Below are positions 59,146 through 64,000 of a DNA stretch of 64,000 nt, piece by piece. Below the pieces are notes generated by a model, which did not search any database, had not been told where the DNA came from, and saw only the letters and a program-made list of their open reading frames with translations. How positions within the stretch are numbered: position 1 is the stretch's first letter; the number at the start of each line of letters is the position of its first letter. The stretch is from an uncultured Gemmatimonadales bacterium (GTDB lineage: Bacteria > Gemmatimonadota > Gemmatimonadetes > Gemmatimonadales > Gemmatimonadaceae), in NCBI GenBank assembly GCA_963701965.1, contig OY969695.1:2240001-2304000 (forward strand), written 5' to 3'. Position numbers and translations under genes: made by a program.

Positions 59146-59518
59146 CGGTCAGGGCCGGGCGCAAGGCGTCCGGGATGGGAATGGTCCGCTGCGACTGATA
59201 GTCGAACATGACCTGCACGGTCGATCCTTCGGCGACCAACCGGTCGTCGCGCGTGTCGACGATGCGGTAGGTCCAGACCCAGGCTTTCGTGCGCATCTCG
59301 GCCGTGGTGATGTCGATGGCCAGCGGGTCGCCGTACTTGGCCTGGCTCACGTAGCGGATGCGCGCTTCGGCGATGATGAAGTTGAAGTCGGCGGTGACGC
59401 CCGCGAGCCCGGTCCACACGTGCCGCCGCGCCATCTCGAAGTACGAGAGAAAGATCGCGTTGTTCACGTGCCCGCGGATGTCGTAGTCGCTGTACCGGGT
59501 CTGGAGGGCGATGCGCAC
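59138..59518 (-). CDS. acyl-CoA thioesterase (YbgC/4HBT-like)
   Basis: RYSDYDIRGHVNNAIFLSYFEMAR. Confidence 0.9.
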   Translation of the reverse strand: MRIALQTRYSDYDIRGHVNNAIFLSYFEMARRHVWTGLAGVTADFNFIIAEARIRYVSQAKYGDPLAIDITTAEMRTKAWVWTYRIVDTRDDRLVAEGSTVQVMFDYQSQRTIPIPDALRPALTGD

Positions 59519-59519
59519 G

Positions 59520-60566
59520 TCAGGCGTCTCCGGCGACGGTGAGCACGATCTTTCCGAACTGCTCCCGATGGGCCAGCCGTTGATACGCTTCGCGCCCGCG
59601 CGCCAGCGGATACACGCCATCGATGACCGGCGCGAGCCGTCCGGCGCTCAACTCGGCCGTGATGGCGTCGAACTCGCGATCGTTTCCCATGGTCGATCCC
59701 ATGAGCGACCACTGGTTCCAGAATAACCGCCGCACGTCGGTCTCGACCATCGGTCCGGACGACCCGCCGCAGGTGACCAGTCGCCCGCCCCGGCCCAGCG
59801 CGCCCAGCGACGAGGCCCAGCTCGACGTGCCGACGCTGTCGATGACGACGTCCACCCCGCGTTTGCCGGTACGGGCCCGCACGTCCTTCGCGACATCGGT
59901 CGTCGCGTAGTTGATGCCGACTTCCGCGCCCAGCGCGACGGCGCGGGCCAGCTTGGCATCGGAGCTCGAGGTCACCCAGACGCGGGCGCCGAGCGCGCGC
60001 CCGATGGCCATCGCGGCGAGCGCGACCCCGCCGCCGATGCCCTGGATCAACACGATGTCGCCCGCGCGCACGCGGGCCCGCGTCACCATCATCCGCCACG
60101 CGGTCAACGTCGCCAGCGGAAACGCGGCCGCCACGTCCATCGGCGTCTCCCGGGGAATGCGGCGGACGTTGAGGGCGTTCACGACGAGGAGCTCGGCGAA
60201 CGTGCCCGGCAAATGCTCGCCGATCACGCCGAACTTGACGCACTCCGACTGTTCACCCGCGCGGCAGTATTCGCAGGTCCGGTCGCTGACGCCGGGATTC
60301 AGGATGACATGGTCGCCGGGCGCGACCGTGTCGACGGCCGGGCCGACGGCATCAATGACGCCCGCGGCGTCGCAACCGACGATCCACGGCGGGACGATCG
60401 TGAGACCGGGCAGTCCCGCGACGACGAGCAGATCGAGACGATTCAGCGCGGCGGCGTGGACCCGGATGCGGACATCCGTTGGTGCGGCGAGGTCGGGAAC
60501 CGGGAGGTCGGTGCGATACGCGAGCTGGTCCAGCCCCCCGTGCGCTGCAATGGTGAGTCCTCGCAC
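59520..60566 (-). CDS. zinc-binding alcohol dehydrogenase / quinone oxidoreductase family
   Basis: ALNRLD, GCDAAG, CEYCRAG..SEC, GIGGGVA, GKIVL. Confidence 0.92.
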   Translation of the reverse strand: MRGLTIAAHGGLDQLAYRTDLPVPDLAAPTDVRIRVHAAALNRLDLLVVAGLPGLTIVPPWIVGCDAAGVIDAVGPAVDTVAPGDHVILNPGVSDRTCEYCRAGEQSECVKFGVIGEHLPGTFAELLVVNALNVRRIPRETPMDVAAAFPLATLTAWRMMVTRARVRAGDIVLIQGIGGGVALAAMAIGRALGARVWVTSSSDAKLARAVALGAEVGINYATTDVAKDVRARTGKRGVDVVIDSVGTSSWASSLGALGRGGRLVTCGGSSGPMVETDVRRLFWNQWSLMGSTMGNDREFDAITAELSAGRLAPVIDGVYPLARGREAYQRLAHREQFGKIVLTVAGDA

Positions 60567-60626
60567 CCGTTCTCTCGCCGGTTATATTCCCAAACGAAAA
60601 TCTCTGGAAAGCTACGGGGAAACTCG

Positions 60627-61877
60627 ATGATTGCCATTAAGGTGCCGCCGCTCGGTGAGTCCATCGTCGAGGCTACCGTGTCCCGCTGGACCAAACAGCC
60701 AGGAGACGCGGTTGCGGCCGGGGAGACGTTGGTCGAGCTGGAGACGGACAAGGTGACCGTCGAGGTCCCCGCGCTCCGCGCCGGTGTTCTCGTCTCCCAC
60801 GCGCACGCCGAGGGGGACATCGTCAAAGTCGACGAGCCACTCGGCGAGCTGGACGACGAGGCCGTCCCGGCGACGCTGGGCGCCGCCACGCTCGGCGCCG
60901 CCAGCACTGTGAGCGCGGCGCCAGCCGCCGCCACGCCCGCGGCCGCACCAGCACCAGCACCAGCACCAGAAAGCGTGCGGGCCGCTCCGTCGGCGCAACG
61001 CGTGGCGGCCGAACGCGGGGTGGACCTGGCGACCGTCAAGGGCACTGGCCGGGGAGGCGTGGTCAGTAAGCCGGATGTCCTCGACAAGCTGGCGCGCCCC
61101 GAGAAGGCGCCGGCCGGCGCGCCTAGCGCAGCGCCTAGCGCAGCGCCTCGCGCGCCGGCGCCCGTCGCGCCGACAAATGGCGCGCGCGAGACCCGCGAAA
61201 AGATGTCGACGCGCCGGCGCCGGATCGCCGAGAACTTGCTGCAGTCGCAGCAGTCCACGGCCCATCTGACGACATTCAACGAAGTCGACATGTCGGCCAT
61301 CGCGGCGCTCCGCGACCGCCTGCGGGAGCGCGTGGAGAAGGAGCAGGGCGTGCGGCTCACGTACATGCCCTTCTTCGTCAAGGCCGCGTGCCACGCGCTG
61401 GCCCAGTACCCGGTCGTGAACGCCCAGATCAATGGCGACGCGATCGTGTACCGGCATTATGTGCACATGGGGATCGCGGTGGCCTCCGACCAGGGCTTGG
61501 TCGTGCCCGTGGTCCGCGACGCCGACAGCAAGGGCATCCTGGCTACGAGCCGGGAGATCTCGGCCCTCGCGGGGCGCGCCCGCGAAGGCAAGCTGTCGCT
61601 CGACGACCTCGCCGGCGGGACCTTCACGATCACCAACGGCGGCGTCTTTGGCTCGCTGGTCTCGACGCCGATCCTCAACTATCCGCAGGTCGGCATCCTG
61701 GGCCTGCACAAGATCCAGGACCGCCCGGTGGCGATCAACGGGCAGGTCGTGATCCGCCCAATGATGTACATCGCCTTGTCCTACGACCACCGTCTGGTGG
61801 ACGGCCAGCAAGCCGTGTTGTTTCTGGTCCGGATCAAGGAGTTGATGGAAGACCCGGCCAGCATGTTGGTCGATTAG
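60627..61877 (+). CDS. sucB: 2-oxoglutarate dehydrogenase E2, dihydrolipoamide succinyltransferase
   Basis: [18 protein letters not shown] lipoyl site, [34 protein letters not shown]. Confidence 0.93.
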   Translation: MIAIKVPPLGESIVEATVSRWTKQPGDAVAAGETLVELETDKVTVEVPALRAGVLVSHAHAEGDIVKVDEPLGELDDEAVPATLGAATLGAASTVSAAPAAATPAAAPAPAPAPESVRAAPSAQRVAAERGVDLATVKGTGRGGVVSKPDVLDKLARPEKAPAGAPSAAPSAAPRAPAPVAPTNGARETREKMSTRRRRIAENLLQSQQSTAHLTTFNEVDMSAIAALRDRLRERVEKEQGVRLTYMPFFVKAACHALAQYPVVNAQINGDAIVYRHYVHMGIAVASDQGLVVPVVRDADSKGILATSREISALAGRAREGKLSLDDLAGGTFTITNGGVFGSLVSTPILNYPQVGILGLHKIQDRPVAINGQVVIRPMMYIALSYDHRLVDGQQAVLFLVRIKELMEDPASMLVD

Positions 61878-63274
61878 TGGACGCCGACGTCGTCATCATC
61901 GGCGGCGGCCCGGGTGGATACGTGGCCGCCCTTCGCGCCGCGCAACTCGGCCTGTCAACGGTCTGCGTCGAGCAGGACGCCACGCTCGGCGGGACGTGCG
62001 TCAACGTGGGCTGCATTCCGTCCAAAGCGTTGCTCACGAGCTCCGAGCACTTCGAGTTCACGAAACTGCACACGGCCGAGCACGGATTCCATGCGGCGGT
62101 GGTGACCCTGGACTTGCCGCGGATGTTGGCCCGGAAAGATGAAGTCGTGGGCCAGAACACGCGCGGCATCGAGTTCTTGTTCCGGAAGAACAAGATCACG
62201 TGGGCCAAGGGGCGCGGCACCCTCAAGCCGGGCAACATCGTCGACGTCACCGCCGCGGACGGCACGGTCACGTCCTATCGGGCAAAGGACGTCATTCTCG
62301 CGACGGGCTCGTCGTCGATCGAGCTGCCGTTCTTGAAGTTCGACGAAGAGCGCGTGCTCTCGAACATCGGCGCGCTCAAGATCCCCGCGGTCCCTGAACA
62401 TCTCGTCGTCGTCGGTGGCGGCGTCATCGGCCTCGAGCTCGGCTCGGTGTGGCGCCGCCTCGGCGCGCGGGTCACGGTGCTCGAGCTCGAGCCGTCGATC
62501 CTGCCGGGGTTCGACTCGGACATCGTGCGCGAGGCCGAAAAGGTTTTCAAGAAGCAGGGCCTGGAGCTCCGGACCGGGGTGTGCGTCACGGGCGCCCGCC
62601 GCAAGGATTCGCGCGTCGTGCTCGACGTCGACCGGAACGGCACCGTCGAACAGGTCGAGGGCGACTACGCGCTGGTCTCGGTGGGACGGCGGCCGAGCCT
62701 CGGCGGCATCGACGCCGCGGCACTGGGCCTCGACCTCGGGCGGCGCGGCGAGATCATGGTCGATCTCCAGATGCGCACAAACTTGCCGCACGTGTACGCG
62801 ATCGGCGACGCGGTCGGCGGCAAGCTGCTGGCGCACAAGGCGGAGGAGGAGGGTGTCGTCGCCGCCGAGACGATCGCCGGTCGGCCGGCGCGCATGCGCT
62901 ATCACGCCATCCCCAACATCGTCTACACGTGGCCCGAGATCGCCTCGATCGGGTGGGCCGAGCATGAGATCGCGGCATCCGGACGGAAGTACAAGACCGG
63001 ACGGTACCCATTCTCCGCCAACCCGCGGGCCCGGACGATGGGTGAGGCGGGCAGCGGCTTCGTGAAATTCCTGGCCGACGCCGAGACCGACGAGCTGCTG
63101 GGGGCCCATTCCATTGGCCCCAACGTGTCGGAGCTCGCCGCCGAGATCGTGCTGGCGTTCGAGTACCGGGCGACCGCCGAGGATATCGGTGGGCTCATTC
63201 ACGCGCACCCGACGCTGTCCGAAGCGACGAAAGAGGCGGCGCTCGCGGTGCACGGCGAGGCGTTGCACATCTGA
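61877..63274 (+). CDS. lpdA: dihydrolipoamide dehydrogenase
   Basis: IGGGPGGYVAA, GGTCVNVGCIPSKALL, GGGVIGLE, LAHKAEEEG, HAHPTLSE. Confidence 0.96.
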   Translation: MDADVVIIGGGPGGYVAALRAAQLGLSTVCVEQDATLGGTCVNVGCIPSKALLTSSEHFEFTKLHTAEHGFHAAVVTLDLPRMLARKDEVVGQNTRGIEFLFRKNKITWAKGRGTLKPGNIVDVTAADGTVTSYRAKDVILATGSSSIELPFLKFDEERVLSNIGALKIPAVPEHLVVVGGGVIGLELGSVWRRLGARVTVLELEPSILPGFDSDIVREAEKVFKKQGLELRTGVCVTGARRKDSRVVLDVDRNGTVEQVEGDYALVSVGRRPSLGGIDAAALGLDLGRRGEIMVDLQMRTNLPHVYAIGDAVGGKLLAHKAEEEGVVAAETIAGRPARMRYHAIPNIVYTWPEIASIGWAEHEIAASGRKYKTGRYPFSANPRARTMGEAGSGFVKFLADAETDELLGAHSIGPNVSELAAEIVLAFEYRATAEDIGGLIHAHPTLSEATKEAALAVHGEALHI

Positions 63275-63747
63275 ACGTCGTCATTCGTCCGCTGGAGCAG
63301 AGTGACGCGCCAGCCGCGCGTGGGCTCTTCATGCAGGCGTTCGGAAACACGCTGTACGCCGAGGCGCCGCGCGACGCCCTGCGGCGGGCCCTCGCCGGCG
63401 AGAATCCCCGCGAGCACGGCGGTCTCATCGCCCAGCGCGAGGCCCAAGTCGTCGGCGTAGCCGTGTACGGATTCGTCGCCGGCGCCGAGGGCGCCGGGCG
63501 GATGCACGCGATGGCCGTCGCGCCCGACTCCCGCCGGCACGGGATTGCCCGCCAGCTCATCGAAGCGTTCGTCGACGACCTCGCCCGCCGCGGGGCGCGA
63601 TTCGTGATCGTCGAGATGCCCGACGCCGCGGAGATGGCCATCGGACGCACCCTCCTCATGAATGCGCGCTTCGCCGAGGAGTCCCGGGTCGCCGATTACT
63701 TCCGGGATGGGGTCGCTCTGGCGTTTCTGCGGCGCGACCTGCGCTAG
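63271..63747 (+). CDS. GNAT family N-acetyltransferase (start at 63271 CTG or 63331 ATG)
   Basis: VIRPL...D; MAVAPDSRRHGIARQLI acetyl-CoA motif; F...SRVADYFRDG. Confidence 0.8.
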   Translation: MNVVIRPLEQSDAPAARGLFMQAFGNTLYAEAPRDALRRALAGENPREHGGLIAQREAQVVGVAVYGFVAGAEGAGRMHAMAVAPDSRRHGIARQLIEAFVDDLARRGARFVIVEMPDAAEMAIGRTLLMNARFAEESRVADYFRDGVALAFLRRDLR

Positions 63748-63752
63748 ATGGC

Positions 63753-63792
63753 GAAAGGGCCGGTTCCGCCGCGAGGCGGACCGGCCCTTTTC
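63753..63792. terminator. bidirectional intrinsic terminator
   Basis: GAAAGGGCCGG-T-TCCGCC-GCGA-GGCGGA-CCGGCCCTTTTC between convergent genes. Confidence 0.85.
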
Positions 63793-63809
63793 GACCAACG
63801 GGTCGTCGA

Positions 63810-64000
63810 CTAGCGCCGCATTGTCGCGCCAATGGCGGCACCGAGGGCGAGGAGGCTCCCCGCCGCGGCGGCCACTGCCAGAGGGCTGACCGCGATCGGC
63901 CGGCTCCACCACGAGGTGCTCACCGGAGCGGTGGTCGGCAGCGCGTCCATGATGCGCTGCGCCACGTGCTCGGGCGTCTGCATATGGCGCCGGGTCTCGA
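63810..64000 (-). CDS. partial membrane protein (C-terminal end)
   Basis: Open frame ...TPEHVAQRIMDALP...WWSRP plus a TM helix, stop at 63810. Confidence 0.55.
   Translation of the reverse strand, partial: ETRRHMQTPEHVAQRIMDALPTTAPVSTSWWSRPIAVSPLAVAAAAGSLLALGAAIGATMRR

Noticed and set aside
55557..63274. gyrA without gyrB, and sucB-lpdA without sucA
   Set aside because: Split arrangements are common; the GyrA-box and QRDR look ordinary

Overview
High-GC bacterial chromosomal segment; the gene repertoire suggests Gemmatimonadota (inference). It holds about 62 CDS and one tRNA-Ala(CGC), with no integrase, transposase or CRISPR array. Housekeeping genes include rnz, ispH, gyrA and sucB-lpdA. 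Less ordinary content: (i) an SOS mutagenesis locus (radical SAM-imuA-imuB, then dnaE2) split by an antisense permease, with a shared 11-bp-period TTCGG direct repeat at both promoters; (ii) a coupled N6-adenine methyltransferase plus SNF2-like helicase pair with no visible nuclease; (iii) a MacB/FtsX ABC operon whose last gene fuses a MacB-type N-terminus to an AttH/CrtC-like domain; (iv) two hairpin-rich tandem arrays (7x66 bp after DUF72, 4x63 bp inside imuB), each carrying an inverted copy of the adjacent host sequence; (v) a MerR operator driving an outer-membrane channel-MerR-RidA operon. Five genes carry single +1 frameshifts, all repairable at an RGATG context, which points to systematic (possibly methylation-related) sequencing error rather than true pseudogenes. 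Many genes look leaderless, and a TAA-N19-TTA (IHF-like) element recurs four times. All product calls come from motif recognition by eye, not from database searches.
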